A stretch of DNA of 63,482 bases, filler included, from Squatina squatina (Eukaryota), in assembly GCA_031763465.1 (NCBI GenBank). It is 3 parts of 3 records of this genome, joined end to end, with 100 filler letters (N's around TTAATTAATTAA, not from the genome) between each part and the next. Parts side by side here need not be neighbours in the genome. Positions count along the whole stretch, not along the records: positions 1 to 20,851 come from JARFOE010000100.1; positions 20,952 to 43,728 come from JARFOE010000115.1; 1 more part is not named here. One strand, written 5' to 3'. A program made the position numbers and the translations under genes. This document shows positions 14,105 to 25,940 of this stretch, one piece after another. The notes beneath the pieces were generated by a model. The model did not search any database, had not been told where the DNA came from, and was given only the letters and a program-made list of their open reading frames with translations. Within the stretch, counting starts at the first letter, position 1. Each line of letters begins with the position of its first letter.

Positions 14105-14283
14105 CTGATTCTTCACATCTAGCTTAAGGCATGGGCGACCACCATTATATGACTTCTCCCGCAGCCACTTGGATCTGATCTGCATTCCACTGCCACAGGA
14201 TTTGCTGCATGCCGACCAGTTTGACCAATCGCTTAGCTTGCAGTCGGATGGGCATGGCAAACTACAAGTCTCTTCGATATACC
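14105..14283 (-). CDS. THSD7B: THSD7B internal exon (TSP1 repeat)
   Basis: Hand translation GYIEETCSLPCPSDCKLSDWSNWSACSKSCGSGMQIRSKWLREKSYNGGRPCLKLDVKNQ; ttag acceptor, gtgagg donor; not in the ORF track. Confidence 0.9.
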
Positions 14284-15457
14284 CTAATTTGAACCATTAA
14301 AAGAAAAATATAATTCATTTAGTGGTTTAAATCTGTGCCACGAGCTACTCCAAAAGCTTGCCACATTCATTTTAAAGAAACTTTACGTCTCAGGATGTAA
14401 CATGGAAACATGATGTTCTCTGAGCTCCTGCTGTCACAGATGATTAGTATTATTTAAAGATACAATTAAAAGCCAAATCAATTTGTTTTACAAAACATAG
14501 TCATATAAACTGGACCAAAGCATAACTAACACACAATCCATGTTATCTATACAAAATACCAAAATAGCTACTCCATTGATAGGGAACAAGAGAGGTATAA
14601 TCGCCCGGAATTTGCAGTCGGTGGCGAAGCAGTGGCATTCGCCGTTGGCCCCGAAGTAAGCTTCGCACAAAGATCTTGTGATCTCCATGGCAAGAATTTC
14701 AGATTTTCCGTTGCGTAACTGAAATCAGCGGAAGTTAATTGGGATGTCCAGTGAAGCGCTGCTATGATGTCAAAAAGCTGTCTAAGCAGCCAATCAAAAC
14801 ACCGAATTTTTACAGACAGCACCCAGGAAGTGGTTACGCTCCTTTGATTCTCACTTTTTAAAAATGTTAGAGAGAGCAAAACAAAGAGTGGGGCTCTNNN
14901 NNNNNNNNNNNNNNNNNNNNNNNNNNNNNNNNNNNNNNNNNNNNNNNNNNNNNNNNNNNNNNNNNNNNNNNNNNNNNNNNNNNNNNNNNNNNNNNNNTGC
15001 AAAGCAAGTAATCCTGTCAGATTGTTAACAAAAAATCGAATTAAATGAAATCCAGCATTTAAAAAACATGTGCATTTTCAAAAATAAACTTTCATTATTC
15101 TCTGTGATGACTAACTGTGTACCACATTTTTTATAACACTGTTGATTAAAAAGATGTTGTAGGTGCCAACAGCTCAAGCTGACAATAAATTACAGTCTTG
15201 GGAAAACTCCAAAAATATTCTTATGACCTCTGATCTAGTGAGTATGCCATTACATCTTAATGTGACAAGCCCAATTAATGGCCCAAGACATCACAATTAT
15301 TCATAGTTTAACTTAAGTTTCTGAAAAAATATGCAGAATAAGAAAACATCTTATTAACTTAATCATACGAATAGACATAAGGAAATTTCATTAACATTAA
15401 GATTAGTTTTGATATAATATGTAAAGCCTTTTGAAATTTTCAATGTCCAATACTTGC

Positions 15458-15652
15458 CTACGAGCGATCTTCTCCGACTATGGGTTGCTCCACAGCCTGC
15501 TGCACAGGAGGTGAACTTGGACCAGTTTGTCAACATGCAATCATCATGACAGGGGATCCGACACTTCTGCACAAGTGCAGGCATTGGGCCTGCCCACTTC
15601 AAGCACCCAATAAGATCTACATGCTGGTCATCACCTGTTTTACAAGTCACAC
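15458..15652 (-). CDS. THSD7B: THSD7B internal exon (probable GC donor)
   Basis: VTCKTGDDQHVDLIGCLKWAGPMPALVQKCRIPCHDDCMLTNWSKFTSCAAGCGATHSRRRSLVG; ttttag acceptor; donor AG|gcaagt. Confidence 0.87.
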
Positions 15653-16574
15653 CTAAAAATAAAGGTAGGACATTAAAAGTATTTTCATGATATTTTCTTT
15701 AAAATCACCTCTTTTTTAAAAAAAACATTGAGCAGCTAAATAACTAAAAATGTGTTGAAAATTACAGNNNNNNNNNNNNNNNNNNNNNNNNNNNNNNNNN
15801 NNNNNNNNNNNNNNNNNNNNNNNNNNNNNNNNNNNNNNNNNNNNNNNNNNNNNNNNNNNNNNNNNNNTGCTCCAAATAGCAGTGTGGGTAGTTTTCTCCA
15901 GTGGCAGTAATTATTTTAGAACTATGCAACAAACTACATATTCTTTCAACGTTCACGCAGAGTCTGATGGAAATGCAATTATTATAGTCCAATATCATGG
16001 CTCATGAATAAGTGAAAAAATTCTCAGAGATAATATTTCCACTGCAAAAAAGACACAACTATTGAAAGGATTGCATCTCATTTTCAACTTCATTGTTATG
16101 AGTCACAAGTCTGTTTTCAATGAGAGGCTGGAGTCAACAGTGTTCATTTTCAGTACCATTTTCACATACAAATTCTTTCTTTATTGATTTTGGTTTGTTT
16201 TTTGAGACATGAATTATGTGCTCATAAAGGTGAGGTATGTCAGTGCTGGTAAAAGGAACATTTTCCTATTTTTTTACACAAAGTGCCAGTTTCCCAGGTA
16301 TAGAATGGGTGAGATGCAGGATCAAGCTTCACCTCCAATGCTGAACTGGGCACCTTAGCCCTCGAACCCGACATGTATGATTTATTTGGTGGGGGAAGGA
16401 TTAAACCATTTTTAAACTGCAACTTGTTGCCGCACTTAAATATCAACCAGCCAGCTTAATGAGACACTGTGCTCAGCAATTCCGTGGTATTGTAAGCTTG
16501 TGTGCAGCATGCAATAATCTTATGCAATTCCTTGACAATAAAATGAGTATCCTGCCTCATCATTTAAAATAAAG

Positions 16575-16875
16575 AATCATAGAATGATACAGCGCAGAAG
16601 GCAACTATTTGACCCATTGTGACTCTACTGGCTCTTTGGTAGAGCTGGCCAATTAATCCCACTCCCCTGCTCGTTCTCCGCGGCCCTGTACATTTTTCCC
16701 CTTAATGATTTATCCCAGTCCCTTTTGAAAGTTATTGTTGACTCTGCTTCCACCGCCCTTTCAGGTAGTGCATTCCAGATTGCAACAACTCGCTGCGTAA
16801 AGTGTTTCCTCATGTTGCCTCTGATTCTTCTGCTAACCACCTTAAATCTCTGCCCTCTGGTTACGGTCCCTTTGG
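16575..16875 (-). mobile_element. CR1-type LINE 3' end
   Basis: TRGQRFKV..RRIRGNMRKHFTQRVVAIWNALPERAVEA..FKRDWD is the CR1 ORF2 C-terminus; (attct)n-like tail. Confidence 0.8.
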
Positions 16876-17061
16876 TGAATCCTGACAATAACCTTTGTGC
16901 TAATGTAGATGCAGTCTGCTGATCAGAATGGAACCATTGCGGGTAGTACTGAAGTGATTACTCTGTTGCGGGGCTGTGACAGTAGAGCGAGCAGATGTTT
17001 TCCATCCACTGCCTGCGACAGAAAGAAACGCACACTTAAAGGAACATAACGTTGGAGATGA

Positions 17062-17277
17062 AAGAAAGGCTTGCATATTTATATAGTGCCTTTCATGACC
17101 GCAATGTCCCAAAGCGCTTTACAGCCAATGAAGTACTTTTGGAGTGTAGTCACTGTTGTAATGTGGAAAATGCGGCAGCCAATTTGTACACAGCAAGATC
17201 CCACAAACAGCAATGTGGTAATGACTAGATACTATGTTTTAGTGATGTTGATTGAGGGATAAATATTGGCGAGGACA
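17062..17277 (-). mobile_element. SacSINE1-like SINE 3' half
   Basis: Reverse complement matches the 3' half of the 10499-10890 SINE. Confidence 0.7.
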
Positions 17278-19836
17278 NNNNNNNNNNNNNNNNNNNNNNN
17301 NNNNNNNNNNNNNNNNNNNNNNNNNNNNNNNNNNNNNNNNNNNNNNNNNNNNNNNNNNNNNNNNNNNNNNNNNNNNNTCATTGCAGAATGGCTTTGGGTG
17401 CTGGCTTTAAACAAGATATTGATCGCCTTTTTCTTCAAGATCTCTTAAGATCAGTGTCAATAGTAACTGATCCTATAAATCTTGCGTTTGGTAGAATCTT
17501 CGTAATTTGATCAGCAGAGCAAAATATTTAACTAGTTATTCATTTAGCTGATTATCCTGCATATAGATCATTCCTAGTCTACGCTTAGCACAGGTCAGTT
17601 GCAATTTGCCCCAAATCCATTTGATAAAGTTCCAGACATGGCCTGTTGAAGAAGGTTATGGCTCATGGAATTGAAAGCAAATTAGCTCACTAGATTGAAA
17701 ACTGTCTTGGTGATGGAACACAAAAGGTGACACTCAGTTGAAAGACTTTGTCTAAGGAAAAATGATCTGCGCAGTTCATAATGGTCTTGGTTCCTTGCTG
17801 CACACACCATTGATTAATATTAGGGAGGTGCTTCTAGTATTATAAAATTTACTGATTGATAGCATTTGAAGTAATGTAGACAGAAAGTGGATGAGCCAAG
17901 GAAGAGCAATTGGATTTTAATGTGGATATAACTGCAAGGTAATGTATGTTGGAAAACTCAGATGAGATTGCTGCTCTAAAATTCTTATTCATTAAGTTAA
18001 TAATCATTTTGATCCCCTCTAGGCAAGAATGTTTAATTACCACTAAAGACAGGATTTGTGTTGGGGAATTGTGTCCAGTGCAAACTAAGCTAGCCATCAC
18101 AATTCATTTAATGTGATCTTCCACATCCATTATACAGAAACAACAATCCCTTGATTGCTTTCCCCAAGTTACATCTAACTCTGGGTAGCCAGAAGGAAAA
18201 CAACAATTCTTAAAAGTTTCGGTACACAGCAAAACCTATTCTTCAGAATTTTACAATGATCAGGTTGTAAATTTGAGGACATCAGATTTTAGTTGCTGCG
18301 TTGCTGAATAAAAAGATAGCTACACAGATTTTAACTCCCATTATTGGAGGCATGTAAGGAAAGTTATTTCATAACCTTTTAAAGTATCAGAAAATGATCA
18401 AATGGTTACAATCGACATCTGGAAAAATTCAGATCACACATTTTCACTTATCAGGATGCACGAGGTGAGAAGAAAGGTAATCTGATCTCTTCAGCTTGTT
18501 ACCTCCTGGCAGCGTCCTAACTTCTTGTACTCCAGGGATAAAACAAGAAATCAAGTTCTGCTGCTTTTCATCAATCTGACAGCAAAGTGAGCAATCTTTA
18601 TTTCCTCCTAATTTTCTGACATGTTCAATAGAATTAATTATGATCCTTCTGAGCAGACCAATCAGTAATAACAGGTAATAAAGGCAATGTTAATTCAGTA
18701 GCTTGGCCACTGTTTACTACATTTCCCATCACTTTCTCAAAATGTTGTAATTCTACTCTATTAGTAGTTTTGTACAGCAAAATTGTGCCCATAGGGAAAT
18801 GCAGCGATATTGCTTGAAGATTGAACAATCTGACAGATGACAACATGGAATACATGAAACAGGGTAAGCAGGGCCTAAAGTTACACTTTTGACAAAGCAG
18901 CTAATTGCTCCTAACCTAGAAATTCTAGCGTCAAAATTTGTCTTCATTAAATCCTCTTCCAAAGTACGTTGACCAAGATCTTCTGCTCAACNNNNNNNNN
19001 NNNNNNNNNNNNNNNNNNNNNNNNNNNNNNNNNNNNNNNNNNNNNNNNNNNNNNNNNNNNNNNNNNNNNNNNNNNNNNNNNNNNNNNNNNNATGCCGGAA
19101 ATGTAAAGCAGGCCTGTCAGCATCTGTGAAATGATGGATTAATAGGGTCAATTCAGCCCGACCAAGCTCCACAACACGAAGCCTCGCACAAGGAGAGTGC
19201 CGATCAGAAAAATTGGATGTAGAGAGGAGGGTTCCCGATTTTGCACTCATTCTCCAATTAGTGCTGCCATCGAGGAAGGCCCGGTGCCGGGAGTGTAGCC
19301 TTACCAAATTCATTCTAATGTTTCAGGCACTCGTGATCCCGCGTCCTAATTCAGCACCAGGTCTCCAACCTGCATTCCCTGTAGTGAGGCTCCCTGCTGG
19401 GAACACGGGATCAGTAAATTTACTCTTTCATCGAATGAATTTCCTGAATATTCTATTTTGATAGACAACATGAAGTCCTAAATGAAGCAGAATCAATATT
19501 CTGACTTTGAGCTCGTAAGATTGGCAGTTACAAGATGTAATACAGTCTCATTTCCTTTCAGTGCTCTGTCAGACGAGTCACATGGAAGCAATGTCACTGA
19601 AAGGATTGCTCATGCTTGACATTTTCTGATTATTTAGTCCCTTTTTCATAAACTGTCATCAGTATTGATCCATTACAGCTGCTGGGAGGATCGCTTTAGT
19701 TATAGAATGTTATACAGTTCACAGTGCTGTCAAATTATCTTGTGACTCTATTATTACTATGGGACTGAGGTGTCTATTTCTTGAACTTTGTTTTGATTTA
19801 AGATTTTGAGCTCATATCAAGATTATCTCCCGACTC

Positions 19837-20060
19837 CAAACAAACTCAAAATGATGCCTTTGGGTGGAATGTCTAACTGACTCTAAATGTACTTTTAATT
19901 AGAAAAAGGGACAACCTCACCCTGCTGTATCAGCTGTTCGTTGTTTTTACTAATAGTGAACAACTTATACAGCAGGGTGAGGTTGTTCCTTTTTCTAATT
20001 AAAAGTACATTTAAAGTCAGTCAGACATTCCACCCAAAAGCATCATTTTGAGTTTGTTTG
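19837..20060. repeat. 224-bp near-perfect inverted repeat (MITE-like hairpin)
   Basis: Left arm caaacaaactcaaaatgatgc...cctcaccctgctgtat pairs with right arm atacagcagggtgagg...gcatcattttgagtttgtttg over ~100 bp with few mismatches. Confidence 0.92.
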
Positions 20061-20429
20061 CAATTATCCCAATTTGTTCCAATTCAGACCACTTTAGATT
20101 CATTTATGAATGACCTATTCAATAAATGTTAACACACCTGTGCAATTTGTAATTTGTGCCAGTTTTACTGGGNNNNNNNNNNNNNNNNNNNNNNNNNNNN
20201 NNNNNNNNNNNNNNNNNNNNNNNNNNNNNNNNNNNNNNNNNNNNNNNNNNNNNNNNNNNNNNNNNNNNNNNNAATAACAGTCTTCACAAACAGCACAATC
20301 AATAAGTTCCCCACACATTACTATTTCACACAAAGTGAATCTAAACAACAGACAAGGCCAAGCAACAATGATTGACTTTATTACTATTACACTAGCTAAA
20401 TCCTTACTCTAAAAAGGAAATACTAATAC

Positions 20430-20664
20430 CTTTTGGGAGTAACATGTCCAACTTTGCTCTTGATGCAAAAGACCTGTCGAGTCTGCATGCCCACAGAACA
20501 GGTGGCCTCCCCATTCCAACTGATGGTAGCATTGAGCACCATCACCAACGTATCTTCAGTGCAAGGACCCCATGGTGATGTATCCCAATAAAACACTGTG
20601 CAGCCATGCTCATTACAAGATCGCCATTCTTGCAATGCTCGGCTAATCGGACATGGTTTTCCAC
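20430..20664 (-). CDS. THSD7B: THSD7B internal exon
   Basis: GKPCPISRALQEWRSCNEHGCTVFYWDTSPWGPCTEDTLVMVLNATISWNGEATCSVGMQTRQVFCIKSKVGHVTPKR; EDTLV..LNATI.WNGEATC is THSD7B-like; cctag acceptor, gtatta donor. Confidence 0.9.
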
Positions 20665-20851
20665 CTAGGATAGAAAGGAACCTTTAACTCTCCCAGTTAT
20701 GATATGTAATTTTATAACAATATTTCACTGAATATCATGCCAAGCTTTTAAAAAAAGTGAAAAGTCTGTATGTTAAAGCTTGAATAATACTGCATCTAAG
20801 AATATGATCAGCTATTTATGTTGCAAAGTAATAAATATGTTGTTCTTGCAG

Positions 20852-20951
20852 NNNNNNNNNNNNNNNNNNNNNNNNNNNNNNNNNNNNNNNNNNNNTTAAT
20901 TAATTAANNNNNNNNNNNNNNNNNNNNNNNNNNNNNNNNNNNNNNNNNNNN
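20852..20951. other. Artificial scaffold linker N44-TTAATTAATTAA-N44
   Basis: 12-mer with stops in all six frames centred in Ns; identical construct at 43729-43828. Confidence 0.95.
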
Positions 20952-22228
20952 TTCCAGCCTGTAACTCACTCCCGGGTATCCATTATTCTATATATAAACC
21001 ATCTGAACCCCTCGATTAGATTCCAGCCCGTAACCCACTCCCGGGTATCCATTATTCTGTATACAAACCATCTGAAGCTAGCGATTAGATTCCAGCCCGT
21101 AACCCACTCCCGGGTATCCATTATTCTGTATACAAATCATCTGAAGCTAGCGATTCGATTCCAGCCTGTAACTCACTCCCGGATATCCATTATTCTATAT
21201 ATAAATCATCTGAACCCCTCGATTAGATTCCAGCCTGCAAGTCACTCCCGGGTATCCACTATTCTATATATAAAACAACCTGAACCCCTCGATGAGATTC
21301 CAGCCTGTAACTCACTCCCGGGTATCCATTATTCTATATATAAAACAACCTGAACCCCTCGATGAGATTCCAGCCTGTACCTCACTCCCGGGTCTCCATT
21401 ATTTACATATAAACCATCTGAACCCCCTCGATCAGATTCCAGCCTGTAACTCACTCCTAAATATCCATTATTCTACATATAAACCATCTGTACCCCTCGA
21501 TTAGCTTCCAGCCTGAAACTCACACCCTAGTAACCATTATTCTATAAATAAACCATCTGAACCCTTCGATTAGATTCCAGCCTGTAACTCACTCCCGGGT
21601 ATCCATTATTCTACAGATAAACCATCAGAACACCTCGATTAGATTCCAGCCTGTAACTCACTCCCGGGTATCCATTATTCTACAGATAAACCAACTGAAC
21701 CCTTCGATTAGATTCCAGCTTGTAACTCACTCCCGGGTATCCATTATTCTATATATAAACCATCTGAACCCCTCGATTAGATTCCAGCCTGTAACTCACT
21801 CCCGGGTATCCATTATTCTATATATAAACCACCTGAACCCCTCGATTAGATTCCAGCCTGTAACTCACTACCGGGTATCCATTACTATATACATAACCAT
21901 CTGAACCCCTCGATTAGATTCTAGCCTGTAACTCACTCCCGGGTATCCATTATTCTATATGTAAACCATCTGAACCCCGCGATTAGATTCCAGCCTGTAA
22001 CTCACTCCTGGGTATACATTATTCCATGTACAAACAATCTGAACCGCTCGATTAGATTCCAGCCTGTAACTCATTCCCGGTTATTCATTATTCTGTATAT
22101 AAACCATCCAAACCCCTCGAGCAGATTCCAGCCTGTAACTCACTCCCGGGTATCCATTATTCTATATATAAACCACATGAACCCCTCGATTAGATTCCAG
22201 CCTGTAACTCACTCCCGGGTATCCATTA
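20952..22228. repeat. Tandem satellite, 69-bp unit, ~18.5 copies
   Basis: Unit ttccagcctgtaactcactcccgggtatccattattctatatataaaccatctgaacccctcgattaga starts at 20952, 21021, 21090 ... 22195. Confidence 0.97.
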
Positions 22229-22335
22229 TATTCTCAGGGTGAGCTTCTGCAACTTACTCTTAACCTTACATCGCTTTCAAATCTCAGTTTATAGCTGAGG
22301 CATTTGTGAGCAGAATAAACAATGAGATTCTGTAC

Positions 22336-22599
22336 CAGTCATGGTATTTCCTCCTTTGTAGGGAAGGTTGGTAATTGCATTCAGCAGGTCCTGCTTCCGG
22401 TTGTATCTGTCTAAGTTGAACTCTGTCCTTGTATCTGAACTATACTGCACAATTCCAACTCTGGTCTTGTCGTCTCCGATCTCAAACGCAGACACGAGGG
22501 AGTAGATGAATTCCCTGATTCTTTTGAAATTGGCCCTCCCCACGCTCCATGATCCATCAACCAGTAGAACCAAATCAGTAACAGCAGTGGCTGAACACT
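22336..22599 (-). CDS. COL12A1: Collagen XII-like first vWA-domain exon (264 bp)
   Basis: [26 protein letters not shown]...[29 protein letters not shown]...[11 protein letters not shown] matches recalled COL12A1 vWA1 with MIDAS DGSWS; ttcag acceptor, gtacag donor; orthology versus a paralogue is not proven. Confidence 0.82.
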
Positions 22600-22744
22600 C
22601 TGAAAGGACAGAAGGAGACAACAGATTATTGATGGCAGTTAATGTGGATTAATATCTATGCACAGTGTCGAGGACACCCAAAGCAGATACATACAGAGAC
22701 GCAACATTGCAGCCAGTGGTGAGTTATGTAGTATGTGAGGGTGG

Positions 22745-22968
22745 AGTGGGCTGGGAAAGGACACAGAGGAGATTTATCCGACTGGTACCAGGGTTGGGGG
22801 ACTTCAGTTATGTGGATAGACTGGAGAAGCTAGTGTTGTTCTCCTTAGAGCAGAGAAGTTTATGGAGATTTAGTAGAGGTGTTCAAAATCATGAGGGGTT
22901 TTGATAGAATAGAAAGAGGGGGGGAACTATGTCCACTGGTGGGAGGGCCGGTAACCAGAGGACACAGT
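22745..22968 (+). mobile_element. CR1-type LINE ORF2 3' fragment
   Basis: ERTQRRFIRLVPGLGDFSYVDRLEKLVLFSLEQR...FKIMRGFDRI...TRGHS. Confidence 0.8.
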
Positions 22969-23069
22969 TNNNNNNNNNNNNNNNNNNNNNNNNNNNNNNN
23001 NNNNNNNNNNNNNNNNNNNNNNNNNNNNNNNNNNNNNNNNNNNNNNNNNNNNNNNNNNNNNNNNNNNNN

Positions 23070-23135
23070 GTCTCCACATCATTTGAACACTACTTTCAGT
23101 TAAAATTTTAAACTTCAGATTTGAAGGTGGCTCCA
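23070..23135 (-). CDS. COL12A1: Collagen XII-like first FN3 exon (partial, cut by gap)
   Basis: VEPPSNLKFKILTESSVQMMWR resembles COL12A1 [21 protein letters not shown]; pyrimidine tract plus gcag acceptor, phase 1. Confidence 0.75.
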
Positions 23136-24207
23136 CTGCGGAGAGAAAAAGGTCACAAACAAAAGACGTCAATCTCAGCCGGGGTCCCCGCTCTCCGATC
23201 AAATTTTGTTTGATGAAAAGACTGTTCACACTACAATGGCTAAAAGCAGAGCCGGTCGAATGGCAGCTAAGCGTTTCGAATCCTACATCTTTGCATAAAT
23301 TTGTTTCCAACAATAAGCATTTCCAGCTTGATGCCTATTGTTGGCAGATACAGAAGACCAGGTAACAGGACACAAATAAATACTGACGATAATAGGAGCA
23401 CAAGGAGAGCACAAGACATTGGCTTTGCACCGTCAGGGCAGTACACGCTGGCCAGCAAGAAACAAAAAAGGGATCAAACATGATTAATAAGACACCCAAG
23501 TACAAGTAGAGCGGGTACACAGATACAATCTCCAAATAGGCAAACATCTAACAGTGAACTCAGGGGACAAGTTTTGATTTTTGCATGCTCGTTGCACTCA
23601 ATACAAAGCTTGTCAAATTACTCGCCATAATAATGGACTTTCGCTTGACATCTGTCTGAGAGTTAGCCATTTCAGTGTGTCAATTAAGTGAAAGAAATCA
23701 CAATGGATCCTGAAAGATCAATTGCAAAAGGTCTTTCTCATCTATAAATTTTTTTTAAATGCATCCGGCAACAAAATAAAGACTGATTTGATTCCAGATT
23801 TTTCAGATACTTCACTGAAGCAATTTATATGTTTTTAAAATTCTCTGCACATACACAGAATTTAAAAGTAGAGCTAAAAAGAATGAAATTGTAAATGTTG
23901 GAATTCTGAAATATAACAGACAATGCGGTAAGTACACAACAGGACTGTCAGCACCTACCATTTAGGGTGTAGGCTCTTTGTCAGAACTCAAAGGGCCTAT
24001 ACCCACACAATCAAAGACAAACACTTGAAATATCAGCCACTTTTACTCTATCCAACAAGGTAAACTGGGCGCTCAATTCAACTGCCCTAAGTTTCCGGCG
24101 CTCATGGNNNNNNNNNNNNNNNNNNNNNNNNNNNNNNNNNNNNNNNNNNNNNNNNNNNNNNNNNNNNNNNNNNNNNNNNNNNNNNNNNNNNNNNNNNNNN
24201 NNNNNNN

Positions 24208-24487
24208 ACAATCTCAGGATAAGGGATCGGCCATTTAAGACTGAGATGAGGAGGAATTTCTTTACTCAGAGGGTTGTGAATCTTTGGAATTCTCTACCCG
24301 AGAGGGCTGTGGATGCGGAGTCATTGAGTATATTCAAGGCTGAGATAGATAGATTATGGACTTTAGGGGAGTCAAAGGATATGGAGATCGGGCGGGAAAG
24401 TGGAGTTGAGTTTGAAATTCAGCCATTGAATGGCGGAGCAGGCTCGATGGACCGTACGGCCTACTCCTGCTCTTAATTCTTATGTTT
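24208..24487 (+). mobile_element. CR1/HER1-type LINE 3' end
   Basis: MRRNFFTQRVVNLWNSLPERAVDAESLSIFKAEIDR followed by the conserved 3' tail. Confidence 0.85.
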
Positions 24488-25343
24488 TTATCTATTTTAG
24501 TGGCGATGGGAATTCTCCTTATTCGCCACATTGGTTGAAGCTGCACTACATCGATCAGCATTCTTAAATTGATATATTTTAATATTTAATTGTTTATTAT
24601 CATTGTAGGCCTGGTATCAAAATAAAAACAGGGAACGGTAGAAAGTTGTGATTATTTTTTAAGGTTTGCGGTAATATGAACACAAAATACTAACTTTAAC
24701 TTCTTTTAAAAACATTTTTTTTATCATTAATTAAGCAATGAAGGTGAATGGCCCTCTGTGCTAAACACCAGCTAGACCTAAAAAAAAGTTAGTTCAACTA
24801 CAAAAAGATGCACACGCACAAACATACAAGGATTGCATGACCTTCTGATAATTTGCTAAAGCTTCTGTATTGAAAGAAATCACGAGAAGATATTGTTAAT
24901 GTGTACACCAGGCCGCATTGGCAGTCTTCAAAAACACCAGCTGGTGCTTGAGAAAGCTCTCGCTGGGCATTGTTGAAAGAGTCACAACATTTGAACAGGC
25001 AAGCATTTCACAGTCACATAATCCACAGCCAGAAACACTGCAAGACATTCACGGGGACCTTCACAAAGAAACGTAGGTGCTGCGAACAACAGTGCTTCTA
25101 TACTGTAATCAGAGTCCGCCTGTATTTCACCTTGTATGTTTTTCTCCCCCCTGTGTCACACGCATGTCACACACCAGCAACTAGGACGTTTTAACCTGAA
25201 TCACTCGGTGGGAAGCCCCCTGGGATCGGGTGGAACGTCGTTTNNNNNNNNNNNNNNNNNNNNNNNNNNNNNNNNNNNNNNNNNNNNNNNNNNNNNNNNN
25301 NNNNNNNNNNNNNNNNNNNNNNNNNNNNNNNNNNNNNNNNNNN

Positions 25344-25940
25344 TCATCAAAAAACTTGATTAAGTTAGTTAAGCACTAGTTGCCTTTAACAAATCCACAC
25401 TTGCCCAAGTGACTGCTAATTTTGTCCCTGATTATTGTTTCTAAAATCTTCCCCACTACCAAGGTTAAACTGATCGGCCTATATTTGCTGGGTTTTTTCT
25501 TTGCACCCTTTTTTGAACAAGGGTGTAGCATTTGCAATTCTCCAGTCCACTTGCACCACCCCCATATCTAAGGAGGATTGGAAGATTATGGCCAGTACAT
25601 CGCAATTTCTTCCTTCACTTCCCTCAGCGTCCTAGGATGCATCTCATCTGGTCCTGGTGACTTATCTACTTTAAGTACAGCCAGCCTTTCTAGTACCTCG
25701 TCTTTATCAATTATTATCCCATCCTGTGTCTCCTCTACCTGCTCATTTACTATGTCTATGGCTGCATCATCTTCCTTGTTGAAGACAGATGCAAAGTACT
25801 CATTTAGTTCTTCAGCCATACCCTCTGTCTCCATGTGTAGGTCTCCTTTTTGGTCCCTAATCGGCCCCACCCTTCCTCTTACTACCCGTTTACTACTTAT
25901 AAGCCTATCAGAGACTTTTGAATTACCTTTTATGTTACAT
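25344..25940 (-). mobile_element. CR1-type LINE ORF2 internal fragment
   Basis: GPIRDQKGDL...MAEELNEYFASVF...LKVDKSPGPDEMHPRTLREVKEEIA. Confidence 0.85.

Noticed and set aside
20896-20907. TTAATTAATTAA as a biological motif (also 43773-43784)
   Set aside because: Centred in symmetric 44-N runs with stops in six frames; a synthetic joiner
20952-22228. Possible CRISPR array
   Set aside because: Whole 69-bp units repeat with no unique spacers; vertebrate context and no cas genes
23267-23458. Hydrophobic ORF as the COL12A1 signal-peptide exon
   Set aside because: No clear resemblance to the collagen XII leader and no convincing phase-1 donor
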